Positions 51,474 to 61,715 are shown, counted from the first letter of the stretch. The stretch: DNA of 64,000 nucleotides from Cyanobacteria bacterium P01_A01_bin.123 (GCA_039815185.1 JBCBZT010000003.1:64001-128000); one strand, 5' to 3'. Program-made: numbers and translations. Notes: generated by a model from the sequence alone, not told the origin.

Positions 51474-52307
51474 ATGAGTACTACCAACCCAGATACGCCC
51501 CCTCCAGCTGCTAACGCCAAGCGTTACGCTCTCAAAGAACTCAAAGCCTTCGAGCGATCGCCCTTCCAAGGGGTATGGCCCCACCTTGATAAGCAAGAAA
51601 TTTTAGAAGACATGCGATCGCGATTGCACAATCCCTTCAATGTCAATCAAGGGCAACAGCCGTTTTGTGGCCCCGCATCGATTTTGTTTGAGTTGGTGCG
51701 GAAACAGCCCCTGCGTTACGTGCAAATGTGCCGCAAACTGTTTGAGATGGGTGGGTTTCAAGCCAAAACTGAGTGGATTCAAACCTCGGAAGCCCTGCGC
51801 CAAGCTAGCCAGGGCAATCTACGCATGGGGCAAGCTGACTGGATGGTGCTCTCAACCCTGCGAGAATCAGAAAACCGCATTTTCCCAGTGGAGCCCAACG
51901 CCCCAGAGGTGGTGCGCAACTTGGCAGGCATGACTAAATCTTGGGAAATGAAAGGTTGGATACGGGAAATTTTAGGGTACGACAATGTGACCTATCGCCA
52001 TACCTATCTACTAGGCGATCTTTCGGCGATGAAACAAGCCCAAGCCGCCATTGACGCTGGCGGTGTTGCCTTTGGGTTGATTACGGCTGAGGGCATGCTC
52101 AACGATACCCAGAAGCCTTCCTTGGCTTTGCCCAATCACTGGATTGTGCTGCTGGGTGATGTTGAGATTACCAAGGGCACTTTCGGTCGCCACGATAGCG
52201 GCAGCATTAGCTTTGACCTCTACACCTGGGCACAAAAGCGGCATATTGAGATGGCCGAAGGCCCCTTTGAAGATAACTTCTGGGGCGTTGTCATCGGCCA
52301 ACCCTAG
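51474..52307 (+). CDS. Hypothetical protein, possible papain-like (C39-like) cysteine peptidase
   Basis: NQGQQPFCGPAS and NHWIVLLG followed by YTW. Confidence 0.5.
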   Translation: MSTTNPDTPPPAANAKRYALKELKAFERSPFQGVWPHLDKQEILEDMRSRLHNPFNVNQGQQPFCGPASILFELVRKQPLRYVQMCRKLFEMGGFQAKTEWIQTSEALRQASQGNLRMGQADWMVLSTLRESENRIFPVEPNAPEVVRNLAGMTKSWEMKGWIREILGYDNVTYRHTYLLGDLSAMKQAQAAIDAGGVAFGLITAEGMLNDTQKPSLALPNHWIVLLGDVEITKGTFGRHDSGSISFDLYTWAQKRHIEMAEGPFEDNFWGVVIGQP

Positions 52308-53641
52308 CGTCTGGTTAGCGACCCCCAGAGTTGTTGCCACCAAGGGATTGGGTCGCCCTCAACATTGGGAAGCTTGTCGCGGATGTCGTTGATATCCCAG
52401 CCGGTGAGTCGGGCCAGGGTTTGGGCTTCCTGCTCAAAGCGATCGGGGAGCGACTGTTTGTAGTCTTCGGCAACGGGGCAAGTGGCTTCCCCCTCATAGG
52501 GATGGCGTAGGATATAGCGCCCTTGAAACAGTTGGTTATTGGCCGTTTCTTGAAACATTAGATCTTCAGGAAATTTGTCGCGGGTATAGCGCACATGCAG
52601 ACGGGTGATGAAGACGTTGGTGTTAAACTGATTCGGATTCACCCAAAAGACGCCCGCTTTTCGCAGTTCTTCTGGAGATAGGGGATCAGCTGAACAGGGG
52701 TCGCAGCCAGCCATATTCCAGGCATATTCCAAAAAGGCAACATTGCGACCTTCGCGGTCGTAGCTGGTTTGGAACATGTCGCGGTAGAAGTCGCTAAACT
52801 CGTTTTTGACAAAAACTGGAATTTCCGCATCAGAGGGAATATTCACCTCGCGGTAGTTCGTTAGCTCTGCTTGACCGCCGGGCGTCATTAAATATACCAC
52901 TAGGTCTTGAGCGTCCTGAGCGTTGATCATCCCCAGGCGAATCGGCAGCATGAACCGGGAAGATTCGTAGGCGATTTGCAGGGGACGCAGCTTTTGAGTG
53001 TTGCCTTGATCAAATTCTTCGAGATTCACCTTGGCGACGAAAAATTTCATGCCCTGGCGAATGTAGGGGCGCAGCAGTTCACTGGCCCCATCGGGAATGC
53101 GATAGTTGTTTTCGCGCAGCCAGGTTTCTAACCCGTCGGACTCTCGTGCACTGAGAATCAAAATATCGTATTCTCCAACGGAAAACTGCGATTCCACAGT
53201 CACGCCTAGCGCTGCGTCACGTCTCCCACGGGACTGATTCACCGCACCATCTTCGAGCGTGCTGGTAGGCAGAGGTGCGTAAACCACCGGGGGTTGGCAG
53301 GGGTCGGGGTCGAAATATTCCACCAGGCGGGGGGCGCTAAAACTGTCGAGTCGTTCAATGATGGCTGGATCGCCCACATTCACTTGGTCTTCTTGAATCA
53401 CCGTGGGCACGGGCACTACCATGGCAAAGTCGGCCACCTCACCCTGATAATCGTTGGCCATGGTCAATACAGTGCGATTGCCATTACGCGCGATCGCCAC
53501 CTGAGAGGCTTGGTTATACAAGCTGGTGTCGGCTCTAGCTACATAAAAGCCGCAGAAGGCCCAAGCTGCCGGAGCGAGGCAAAAGAGTGCGATCGCGCCC
53601 ACAAGTCCAATTACAAGTAATTTCAAACGAGTCATAATCAA
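52304..53641 (-). CDS. DUF2330 domain protein, copy 2
   Basis: AWA|FCGFYV, YNQASQV, LTMANDYQG, LEYAWN..CDPC, TRLHVRY. Confidence 0.85.
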   Translation of the reverse strand: MIMTRLKLLVIGLVGAIALFCLAPAAWAFCGFYVARADTSLYNQASQVAIARNGNRTVLTMANDYQGEVADFAMVVPVPTVIQEDQVNVGDPAIIERLDSFSAPRLVEYFDPDPCQPPVVYAPLPTSTLEDGAVNQSRGRRDAALGVTVESQFSVGEYDILILSARESDGLETWLRENNYRIPDGASELLRPYIRQGMKFFVAKVNLEEFDQGNTQKLRPLQIAYESSRFMLPIRLGMINAQDAQDLVVYLMTPGGQAELTNYREVNIPSDAEIPVFVKNEFSDFYRDMFQTSYDREGRNVAFLEYAWNMAGCDPCSADPLSPEELRKAGVFWVNPNQFNTNVFITRLHVRYTRDKFPEDLMFQETANNQLFQGRYILRHPYEGEATCPVAEDYKQSLPDRFEQEAQTLARLTGWDINDIRDKLPNVEGDPIPWWQQLWGSLTRR

Positions 53642-53695
53642 TCTTTGAATTCAGTCAATTGAAACGTTCTCAAGTCCGCGTTGGATAGCATCGGT

Positions 53696-55141
53696 TTAAT
53701 TCCGCGCTGGATACCGCGATCTCCAGAAAGAGATGTGAGGCTGGGGTACCTCTTCGGTAATCCGGTAGCGAATATCGTTGATATCCCATCCGGTGAGTCG
53801 AGCCAGATTTTGAGATTCTTGTTCAAACCGATTGGGTAAGACTTCTTCGACGTAGTGGAAATATTCGTCACGAATTAATTGCCGCAAGTTGTCATTTGCC
53901 CACTGCTCTTCTAGATACTCAATGTTGGCCGCAGACGGTTCACCATAACCCGCGTTGCCTATGATTTCTTCAAACCGCTCATTGCATTTTGCATTACCCG
54001 TAAACGGATGATTTAAGACATAGCGACCCTGGAAAAAGCGGCGATTATTGGTGGTCTGAAAGATCAAATCTTCGGGAAATTTGTCACGGGTATAGCGCAC
54101 GTGCAGTCGCGTGACAAACACATTGGTGTCCGTTTGGGGTGAGATCCAAAACACGCCAGCCTGACGCAGTTCGTCGTAATTAAGCGGGTCAGCCGCGCAG
54201 GGATCACACCCGCGCATATCCCAGGCATACTCTAAAAAAGCGACATTGCGACCCGCTTGCTCGTAGCTGCGCTGGAACATGGTGTTGTAAAAATTGCCGA
54301 ACTCATCTTTGATAAACAGGGGAATTTGTTCATTGGAGGGAACTTCTACCGTGCGATAGTTGGTCAATTCTGCTTCACCGTTGGGGGTCATCAAATACAC
54401 AATCAAATCTTGCTCTGTCTCGGCATTCACCATGCCCAAACGAATTGGCAGCATAAATCGAGGTGACTCGTAGGCAATCTGGATCGGACGCAAATTTTGA
54501 AATCCGCTGCGATCAAATTCCCCTAGGTTCACTCGGGCTACAAAGAACTTCATGCCTTGGCGAATATAGGGTTGTAGTACTTCATTTGCCCCCATGGGAA
54601 TGCGATAGTCATTTTGCCTAAGCCAGGTTTCGAGGCCACTAGACTCTTCGGCACTGAGAATAACAATGTCGTACTCACCGACAGTAAATTGGGCCTCAAT
54701 GGCAACCCCTAAGGCATCATCACCTCGGTTTACGCCTGCTTCTGCTCGGTCTTCTGAAACGATTCCAGCACTGCCCCGCGACTCATATAAATACAAGTAC
54801 CTACAAGGATCTTCGTCAAAATATTCCACCAGCCGGGGGGCACTAAATCCATCCAACCGTTCCATAATCCCAGGGTTGGCCACATTCACCTGATCGGCTT
54901 GAATTACTGTTGGTACAGGGATCACCATGGCAAAGTCGGCCACCTCACCCTGGTAGTCATTAGCCATGGTTAATACAGTGCGGTTACCATCTCGGGCGAT
55001 CGCGACTTGAGAAGCCCGATTGTACAAACTGGTGTCTGCTCGCGCGACATAAAAGCCGCAAAAGGCCCAAGCGTTTGGAGCAAACCAAAACAGAGTCACC
55101 ACAGCGGTGAACAGGATACAAAGATTGCGGAGTGGTTTCAT
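53696..55141 (-). CDS. DUF2330 domain protein, copy 1
   Basis: Same motifs as the downstream paralog plus a C-terminal insertion; start placed at MKPLRN. Confidence 0.85.
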   Translation of the reverse strand: MKPLRNLCILFTAVVTLFWFAPNAWAFCGFYVARADTSLYNRASQVAIARDGNRTVLTMANDYQGEVADFAMVIPVPTVIQADQVNVANPGIMERLDGFSAPRLVEYFDEDPCRYLYLYESRGSAGIVSEDRAEAGVNRGDDALGVAIEAQFTVGEYDIVILSAEESSGLETWLRQNDYRIPMGANEVLQPYIRQGMKFFVARVNLGEFDRSGFQNLRPIQIAYESPRFMLPIRLGMVNAETEQDLIVYLMTPNGEAELTNYRTVEVPSNEQIPLFIKDEFGNFYNTMFQRSYEQAGRNVAFLEYAWDMRGCDPCAADPLNYDELRQAGVFWISPQTDTNVFVTRLHVRYTRDKFPEDLIFQTTNNRRFFQGRYVLNHPFTGNAKCNERFEEIIGNAGYGEPSAANIEYLEEQWANDNLRQLIRDEYFHYVEEVLPNRFEQESQNLARLTGWDINDIRYRITEEVPQPHISFWRSRYPARN

Positions 55142-55358
55142 CTGAAGAGTTCTGAACTTGAAAAGGCAGGGGAATAGGGGCAGGGAGAGCAAGGGTTAGA
55201 GGGAGCCAAGGACAGCTCATCCCACAGCCCAATCCCCGTTTGCAAATTGAAGAGGAAAGGAACTCAAGATAGCCCCAGGGAAAGTGGAACGCTCAAGGAT
55301 CTGCTGTCATGATCCCAGGTGTGCAATTGGAGCCTTTCCCATACCTTGAGTTCCAAAC

Positions 55359-56294
55359 TTAATTCACAGCTGCTGTCTGTGATCCAGCTAGTAAAGGCGG
55401 CTGTACTGCAACTGGTTTGCGCCAGAAGAAGCGCTGCTCAACCCAAAGTTTGTCTAACACGATGGTCAATGGGGCGAGCAAGAACAGCGCCCAAAAGACG
55501 GCTGTAGACAAGTAGAAATAGTTGCGCAAGATAAAGGTGAGGAGCGCGATCGCGCTGGACCAAATCAACCGCGCCGGGCGGGCATTGGGAATCGACCGGG
55601 GGTCGGTGACCATGAATAGGGCAAACATCAGCAGCGAACCGCTCATCATCCGGTGTGCCCAAACATCCCAAGTCCAGCCTAGCCAGAGGTTACGGGCAGC
55701 TTCCATGGCAGCGTAGGTAGCCAGGAACATCACGGTTGTATCCCAACGGCCTACGCGCTTCAGCACAACGCCCCCTGCACCCAGGAAAATCAGGCCATAC
55801 CAAACTTCTTCACCCCACTGCCCTGGCGATACCCAAGCATCTTGGGTGAGCAGCAGCACAGCGATGATGCCAAAGTTGGCCGGGTTAAAGAAATGCTTGT
55901 CGTGGGTTTTAAGAAAAAACTTACTGGCGATCGCGAGAGAAGCAGCTAGTGCCATGGTGGGTATGTGATCAACACGCAGCAGCAGGCTGAGGCCGAGGGC
56001 GGTGATTAAGGGGCTGCGCCAGTTGAGAGTCTTTAGAGGGGAGGAGAGAGGCGGCGATGGGGGGATGGGGGGATAGGGAGATGGGGAGGTGAGGTTTTCA
56101 CCTCTGTCCCCTAACGCCTGACGCTTGACGCTTTGCCAATGCATGGCCAGGGTTAAAACGGTTTGGGTCAATAAACAGGTGGCGATCGCGACGCCGACGA
56201 CTTCAGGGCGTAGTGACCAGTCTCGTAAGGCTATCCCCAAGACTAAAAACAGCCCTAGGGCTAAAATCTGATAATCTCTCGCATCTCTCAACAC
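55359..56294 (-). CDS. RnfD/NqrB-like integral membrane protein
   Basis: DARDYQI, SKF....KHFFNPANFG, WVSPGQWG, FMVTDP. Confidence 0.75.
   Translation of the reverse strand: MLRDARDYQILALGLFLVLGIALRDWSLRPEVVGVAIATCLLTQTVLTLAMHWQSVKRQALGDRGENLTSPSPYPPIPPSPPLSSPLKTLNWRSPLITALGLSLLLRVDHIPTMALAASLAIASKFFLKTHDKHFFNPANFGIIAVLLLTQDAWVSPGQWGEEVWYGLIFLGAGGVVLKRVGRWDTTVMFLATYAAMEAARNLWLGWTWDVWAHRMMSGSLLMFALFMVTDPRSIPNARPARLIWSSAIALLTFILRNYFYLSTAVFWALFLLAPLTIVLDKLWVEQRFFWRKPVAVQPPLLAGSQTAAVN
56056..56095. repeat. Short tandem repeat (8-bp GATRGGGR x4-5) inside a coding sequence
   Basis: GATGGGGG GATGGGGG GATAGGGA GATGGGGA GGTGAGGT encodes a Pro-rich loop. Confidence 0.75.
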
Positions 56295-56520
56295 AGCGCA
56301 TCTCCTTTAACCAACACTTGAACAACACAGGTTGCCGTCAGTATGGCGTTTCTACGGAGGCGATCGCAGTTGGTTTCAGGTTCTGTAACGCGCGTCGTCA
56401 AGAAGTTTACATTTCCCGATTTCCGGTGCTCAGACTTGCTTCTTAGTGCCCAGGTCTGCCTATGGAAAGGCTTTGGCTTCTGAGCTGCCATACTTGTTAA
56501 TCAAATCGATACTCAACATT

Positions 56521-56556
56521 GCCCATGACTCCGCCCATGACTCCGCCCATGACTCC
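56521..56556 (+). repeat. Perfect 12-bp tandem repeat x3 spanning the start codon
   Basis: GCCCATGACTCC three times. Confidence 0.9.
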
Positions 56557-57745
56557 GTTGGATCTCCTCATTACCCACGCCACTTTACCTACTGGAGAAA
56601 TTGCTGCGGTTGGCATTAGAAATGGGAAAATTGCGCTGATTGAAACAGGCGATCGCACCCTGCCCCCTGCTGCAGAAACCTTAGACATCAATCAACAACT
56701 GCTGTGCCCAGGGTTCATAGACGGACACATTCACCTCGACAAAACCCTGATGGGGGCTGAGTGGATTCCCCATATTGCTGGCGATACGGTGCGCGAACGG
56801 ATTGCGATTGAGAAAAAAGTCCTCAGCCAAGTTGCTGTGCCAATGGAACAGCGAGCAGCAGCGTTGATCGAACAGGTCATTCGCCAAGGCTCGACTACGG
56901 TGAGAACCCATGTGGATGTTGATCCTGAACTAGGGTTGCGTCGTTTGCATACTTTGCTGAAGCTCAGGGAGCACTATGCTGACAGACTGTCGATACAAAT
57001 TGTGGCCTTTCCCCAAAGCGGTGTGATGACTTGCCCAGGCACATTGGATTTACTAGATCAAGCCATTCAAGCTGGGGCAGATTTGGTCGGTGGCCTAGAC
57101 CCAGCAGGGATTGATAATGACATTACAGGCCAATTAGACGGTTTGTTTACCATTGCCCACCGCCATGGTGTGGGAATTGATATTCACCTGCATGACCCAG
57201 CAGAGCTAGGCATCTATCAGCTCCAGCAGATTGCCCAACGGACTAAGGCGCTAGCTCTATCAGGACGGGTGACTGTGAGCCATGCCTATGCGTTGGGTAT
57301 GGTTAATGCTGATTTAGCCAAAAACACTGCCGAAACCCTGGCCGATGCCGGGGTGTCCATTTTAACCAATGCCCCTGGGAATCAAGCATTTCCGCCCATT
57401 CAAATCCTGCGGGATGCAGGCGTGACTGTGTTCGCAGGCTCAGACAATATTCGCGATGCTTGGTGGCCTTTTGGCGATGGTGACATGTTGGAGCGAGCCA
57501 TGATTATTGCCTATCGATCGAGCTTTTGCACCGATAAGCTGCTGCGGATACCGTTTGAGATGGCAACTCAGGCTGGTGCGGAGGCGTTAGGCATGCAGAA
57601 TTATGGCTTGCAGGTAGAGGCTCCGGCTGATTTCGTCGTGCTCAAGGCAATGACTGTCGCCGAAGCTGTTGTGAGTCGGCCACAACGGAGTTTTGTGATT
57701 AAGCGAGGGCATATTGTTGCCCAGGCAAACTCAATGGGGGGGTGA
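56525..57745 (+). CDS. Cytosine deaminase-like metal-dependent amidohydrolase
   Basis: PGFIDGHIHLDK, RTHVD, VAFPQ, DIHLH, VSHAY, GSDNIRDAWWPFGDGDML. Confidence 0.88.
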   Translation: MTPPMTPPMTPLDLLITHATLPTGEIAAVGIRNGKIALIETGDRTLPPAAETLDINQQLLCPGFIDGHIHLDKTLMGAEWIPHIAGDTVRERIAIEKKVLSQVAVPMEQRAAALIEQVIRQGSTTVRTHVDVDPELGLRRLHTLLKLREHYADRLSIQIVAFPQSGVMTCPGTLDLLDQAIQAGADLVGGLDPAGIDNDITGQLDGLFTIAHRHGVGIDIHLHDPAELGIYQLQQIAQRTKALALSGRVTVSHAYALGMVNADLAKNTAETLADAGVSILTNAPGNQAFPPIQILRDAGVTVFAGSDNIRDAWWPFGDGDMLERAMIIAYRSSFCTDKLLRIPFEMATQAGAEALGMQNYGLQVEAPADFVVLKAMTVAEAVVSRPQRSFVIKRGHIVAQANSMGG

Positions 57746-57793
57746 GCAGCGTGACCTAACTTGATGTGATAAACGCGCTTAGAGTAACAGAGA

Positions 57794-58237
57794 TTAGGCA
57801 CTTTGAACGCTGAGTATGGGTAGCAATAATCGTGCTCTTTCTTGTCCGATCTTGGCTGAAGGAGAAGGTGACTGGCGAACAGGATGCACCGACCACTGGG
57901 CTGGGTTCCAGCTACTTTCCAGCCAGGTATGACCATCAAACACCACGGCTTCTTGTCCTCGACAACTTAGACTGAACAGGGCGGCTGATTCACTGCTAGA
58001 ACCGGAGAATAAGGCTCCGGTGAAGTCAAGGCTGCATTGTCCGTAGACTTGATCGAACGCTAAGATTTTGTTCGTCGTGTGGCTCACGTACTGCGCGTTT
58101 AAGTTCTTCAGGTTGAACACGACATCAGGTTTTTGGGTGCAATATTCCCCCTCTACAGAGCCTGAAATGATACCGAATTGAAACGTGTAGGAAAATTCGA
58201 GGCGTTCTGTGCGAAGTCGTTTGGACAGGTTAATCAT
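57794..58237 (-). CDS. Hypothetical protein
   Basis: 147-aa ATG ORF filling the intergenic gap; no motif recognised. Confidence 0.5.
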   Translation of the reverse strand: MINLSKRLRTERLEFSYTFQFGIISGSVEGEYCTQKPDVVFNLKNLNAQYVSHTTNKILAFDQVYGQCSLDFTGALFSGSSSESAALFSLSCRGQEAVVFDGHTWLESSWNPAQWSVHPVRQSPSPSAKIGQERARLLLPILSVQSA

Positions 58238-58419
58238 GGGGCAAAAGGGGGAACACTAAGGCACTCAAGGGGACATACACTCCTGATGCTACTCATCGGT
58301 GATGTCAGCAGAAGGTAATCGTGCGCACTCTTCATTCCCCCTTGATTGCTCCAGGGGTTAGTTAATAGGAAGTTAATGAAAATCGGCGGAAGATGTAACG
58401 AACCGCTTAATATACTGCC

Positions 58420-59244
58420 CTATAAGGTTTCAAACAACTGCGGCCAATTCACCTCGGCAGGTCGCTGCCCTTGATTCACGATTTCAAAGGTCTGGTTAAT
58501 CGTTTGGAGGCAAGTCAAGCATTCGACACAAGCAGCGGCTACATCGATCCGGCTGGTTTGGCCGTTGAGGGTGTCGCCCGTGCCCAGGGTGATACCCAGT
58601 TGCCCGTCGGTTTTAGATTTCAGCAGAGTATTCAAGTCGTAAGACGTGTAGGGGCCATCAATCAACCGCGCCGGACGAATGATTGTATGGGGTAGGCCGG
58701 ATTCGCGAATCGCCTTTTCTCCTTGAGCTTTAGCATTAAGAACCCCAAAGCTATTGAGCAGATTGAAAGGGAATTGATCTTTGCGCAAGATGCCACAAGA
58801 AGACACAAACACGAAGCGAGTTAAGGTTTTTGGAGCCGCATTGACCAGATTGCGAATGCCGTCCGCATCGACAATTTGTGGGCTGTTTTGAGCCATGCGA
58901 TCGCGATAGTCACCATCGGATAAGAGTTTGAGCCATTCAAATGCACCAAATACACCTTGATGTTCTGGGGCACTTTGAAACTGCCAGCGGCTTGAGGGAA
59001 AAGCCGTGGTACCAGTGGCCGCGATAATGGTGCTGATCCCGTCTACTGCTGAGGTCAACGTCTCCGGTTGACGAATATCCCCCAGGGCAATCTCAATGCG
59101 ATCGCCAAAGCACTCCCTCGCCTTAGCCCCATCCCTTACCAAGACGCGGACTGGATAATTTGCGCTCAAGAGTTTGGCAACCACCAATTGGCCAACGCCA
59201 CCTGTAGCGCCAGCAACCAAAATACGTATCGTTTCAGGATTCAT
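58420..59244 (-). CDS. Atypical SDR / NAD(P)H-binding protein
   Basis: ILVAGATGGVG, FVFVSS, HTIIRPARL, SRIDVA. Confidence 0.85.
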   Translation of the reverse strand: MNPETIRILVAGATGGVGQLVVAKLLSANYPVRVLVRDGAKARECFGDRIEIALGDIRQPETLTSAVDGISTIIAATGTTAFPSSRWQFQSAPEHQGVFGAFEWLKLLSDGDYRDRMAQNSPQIVDADGIRNLVNAAPKTLTRFVFVSSCGILRKDQFPFNLLNSFGVLNAKAQGEKAIRESGLPHTIIRPARLIDGPYTSYDLNTLLKSKTDGQLGITLGTGDTLNGQTSRIDVAAACVECLTCLQTINQTFEIVNQGQRPAEVNWPQLFETL

Positions 59245-59277
59245 CTTGTGTGATTTGCGGCTAATGATCAAAGCGTG

Positions 59278-59305
59278 TTCAGACTCCTGAATTCAGGAGT
59301 CTGAA
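59278..59305. repeat. Perfect 28-bp palindrome
   Basis: TTCAGACTCCTGAATTCAGGAGTCTGAA equals its own reverse complement. Confidence 0.9.
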
Positions 59306-59383
59306 TATTCTGCGAGTAAGGCATGCCTAACCCTAGAATAATCTTCTCCTAACTCCTCCTTGCCAAACTCTCCCATTCGGAGC

Positions 59384-59572
59384 TCAGGAAACCGTAGAAC
59401 TCGGGATTGCGATCTGCGTGGTCAAAATATGCAATTGCATCCGGGGTTGCCAATCTCGCTGACGCACCCAACAGCGATCGCCGCTGCAATGTACGACCAA
59501 AAAATCGGGCCAATCCTCTGGCTGTCCCTTCAGCCGCACGAAGGCCCCCGGACGGATCACTAGCGATGGCAT
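59384..59572 (-). CDS. Small hypothetical protein (62 aa)
   Basis: GAGAGG RBS; PGAFVRLKGQP..PDF.V....DRCWVRQ..W beta-rich pattern. Confidence 0.6.
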   Translation of the reverse strand: MPSLVIRPGAFVRLKGQPEDWPDFLVVHCSGDRCWVRQRDWQPRMQLHILTTQIAIPSSTVS

Positions 59573-59590
59573 GACCACACCTCTCAAGAG

Positions 59591-59635
59591 AAGAAAAAGT
59601 GTTCGCAGCCCAAACCGGGCTTAAACTGCGAACAC
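59591..59635 (-). terminator. Intrinsic terminator (of lepA or of a short sRNA)
   Basis: GTGTTCGCAG/CTGCGAACAC 10-bp stem followed by TTTTTCTT. Confidence 0.7.
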
Positions 59636-59688
59636 CCCGTGTGTTTAGGACAACTTGTCTCGATCTTAGTACATTTGAACCAAAATTT

Positions 59689-59742
59689 GCCCAGTTTGAA
59701 GCTTTGAGTTTTTAGCTCAAGGCAAAACTATGGGAATGTTGG
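59689..59742 (+). repeat. Degenerate copy of the ~58-bp element
   Basis: TTTGAA..TTGAGTTTTTAGCTCAAGG.AAAACTATGG core is shared with 25708 and 62263. Confidence 0.7.
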
Positions 59743-59753
59743 AGGTTTAACGG

Positions 59754-61556
59754 CTACAGCTTGAGCACAGCCATAAAGGCCTCTTGGGGGACGTCCACTG
59801 TCCCTAGGGCCTTCATTCGCTTTTTACCTTTTGCCTGTTTTTGCAGCAGTTTCTTCTTGCGCGAAATGTCGCCACCGTAGCACTTTGACAAGACATCTTT
59901 GCGCAGGGCTGGAATACTTTCGCTAGCAATGATGCGGCTGCCGATGGCCGCCTGGAGGGGAATTTTGAACTGATGCCGGGGAATCAGCTCCTTGAGTTTT
60001 TCAACCAAGCCTCGACCGACGTTGTAGGCTTTGTCTCGATGAACGATGGTGGCCAAAGGATCGACGGGGTCGCTGTTGATCATCACGTCGAGACGAACCA
60101 GATGATTGGTGCGATAGCCGATGAGTTGATATTCCATGCTGGCGTAGCCCCGCGATCGCGACTTCATTTGGTCAAAGAAGTCGGTGACGACTTCTGCCAG
60201 GGGAATTTCATAGGTCAGAGTCGTACGGCCTTGGGTCAGATAGCGCATATCCTTAAACTCGCCGCGTCGACTTTGACTCAACTCCATCAGCGGCCCCACA
60301 AACTCCTCAGGTAAAATCATTTCGACTTTGACATAGGGCTCTTCAATTTTCTCCCGCTCTTGGGGCGAGGGCAGCATGCTGGGGTTGTCAATTTCCAACA
60401 CTTCTCCTGAAATTGTCGTGACCCGATAAATCACCGAGGGCGCGGTGGTGATTAGATCGAGGTTATATTCACGCTCCAAGCGTTCCTGCACAATCTCCAT
60501 GTGCAACAACCCTAAAAAGCCACAGCGGAAGCCAAATCCCATAGCGCTGGAGGTTTCTGGCTCGTAGCTCAAAGCCGCATCATTAAGCCGTAGTTTATCG
60601 AGGGCTTCCCGCAAATCTTCAAACTGATCGGAGTCAGTGGGAAACAAACCACAGAACACCATTGGCTTGGCTTCTACATAGCCTGGCAAAGGTTTGGGGG
60701 CAGAGGATTTAACCAGGGTGATCGTGTCGCCAACCCGTGCATCTTCAACGGCTTTGATGGCGGCAGCAAAATAGCCCACTTCCCCGGCATGGAGCTCGTC
60801 TACCTCAACTTGGGTGGGAGAAAGGACGCCCAGTTCGTCAATGACGTATTCTTTTTTAGAGGCCATCAATTTGACGCGATCGCCCTTGCGCACGGCACCA
60901 TCCATCACCCGGAAATACACGATCACCCCCCGATAAGGATCGTAATAGCTGTCAAAAATCAAGGCTCGCAGCGGGTCTTGCAGCGTATCTTGGGGCGGTG
61001 GTACCAAGAAGACAATGGATTCCAAAATCTCGTCAATGCCGATTCCCTCTTTGGCTGACGCTAAAATGGCGTTGCTGCAATCTAGGCCAATGATTTCTTC
61101 TATTTCAGCCTTAATCCGCTCAGGATCAGCACCGGGTAAATCAATCTTGTTGAGTACTGGAATAATTTCTAAATCGTGCTCTAAAGCCAAATAGACATTG
61201 GCTAGGGTTTGGGCTTCAACCCCCTGGGATGCGTCGACGACCAGCAATGCCCCTTCACAGGCTGCTAAGGAACGAGAGACCTCATAGGAAAAATCAACGT
61301 GGCCGGGGGTGTCAATCAGATTAAGGACATAATCTTCACCGTCCCGGGCAGTGTAGTTCATGCGGGCGGCTTGCAGTTTAATGGTGATGCCCCGTTCGCG
61401 TTCGATATCCATGCTGTCCAGGAACTGGGCTTTCATGTCGCGATCGCTGACCGTGCCTGTGGTTTGCAGCAGACGATCGGCCAGGGTGGACTTACCGTGG
61501 TCAATGTGGGCAATAATTGAGAAGTTGCGGATACGGGAAATCGGAGCGTCAGTCAT
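59754..61556 (-). CDS. lepA: Translation elongation factor 4
   Basis: [50 protein letters not shown]. Confidence 0.98.
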   Translation of the reverse strand: MTDAPISRIRNFSIIAHIDHGKSTLADRLLQTTGTVSDRDMKAQFLDSMDIERERGITIKLQAARMNYTARDGEDYVLNLIDTPGHVDFSYEVSRSLAACEGALLVVDASQGVEAQTLANVYLALEHDLEIIPVLNKIDLPGADPERIKAEIEEIIGLDCSNAILASAKEGIGIDEILESIVFLVPPPQDTLQDPLRALIFDSYYDPYRGVIVYFRVMDGAVRKGDRVKLMASKKEYVIDELGVLSPTQVEVDELHAGEVGYFAAAIKAVEDARVGDTITLVKSSAPKPLPGYVEAKPMVFCGLFPTDSDQFEDLREALDKLRLNDAALSYEPETSSAMGFGFRCGFLGLLHMEIVQERLEREYNLDLITTAPSVIYRVTTISGEVLEIDNPSMLPSPQEREKIEEPYVKVEMILPEEFVGPLMELSQSRRGEFKDMRYLTQGRTTLTYEIPLAEVVTDFFDQMKSRSRGYASMEYQLIGYRTNHLVRLDVMINSDPVDPLATIVHRDKAYNVGRGLVEKLKELIPRHQFKIPLQAAIGSRIIASESIPALRKDVLSKCYGGDISRKKKLLQKQAKGKKRMKALGTVDVPQEAFMAVLKL

Positions 61557-61715
61557 TAGACAGCCTATGGCTAATCAGGTTTCTTACTTAAGGTATTGTA
61601 ATCCTTTGGTTGAATGAGGTGCGGGAATGACGCGGCCTGAGCAGAATCCTTTGCCTAACTTCCAGTATCATTCGTGAGCGCATAGACAGAAATTTTTAGG
61701 ATTTCGATCAATATT

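Noticed and set aside
59668..59681. AGTACATTTGAACC resembling a cyanobacterial LexA box
   Set aside because: The right half-site (GAAC) does not match the GTWC consensus
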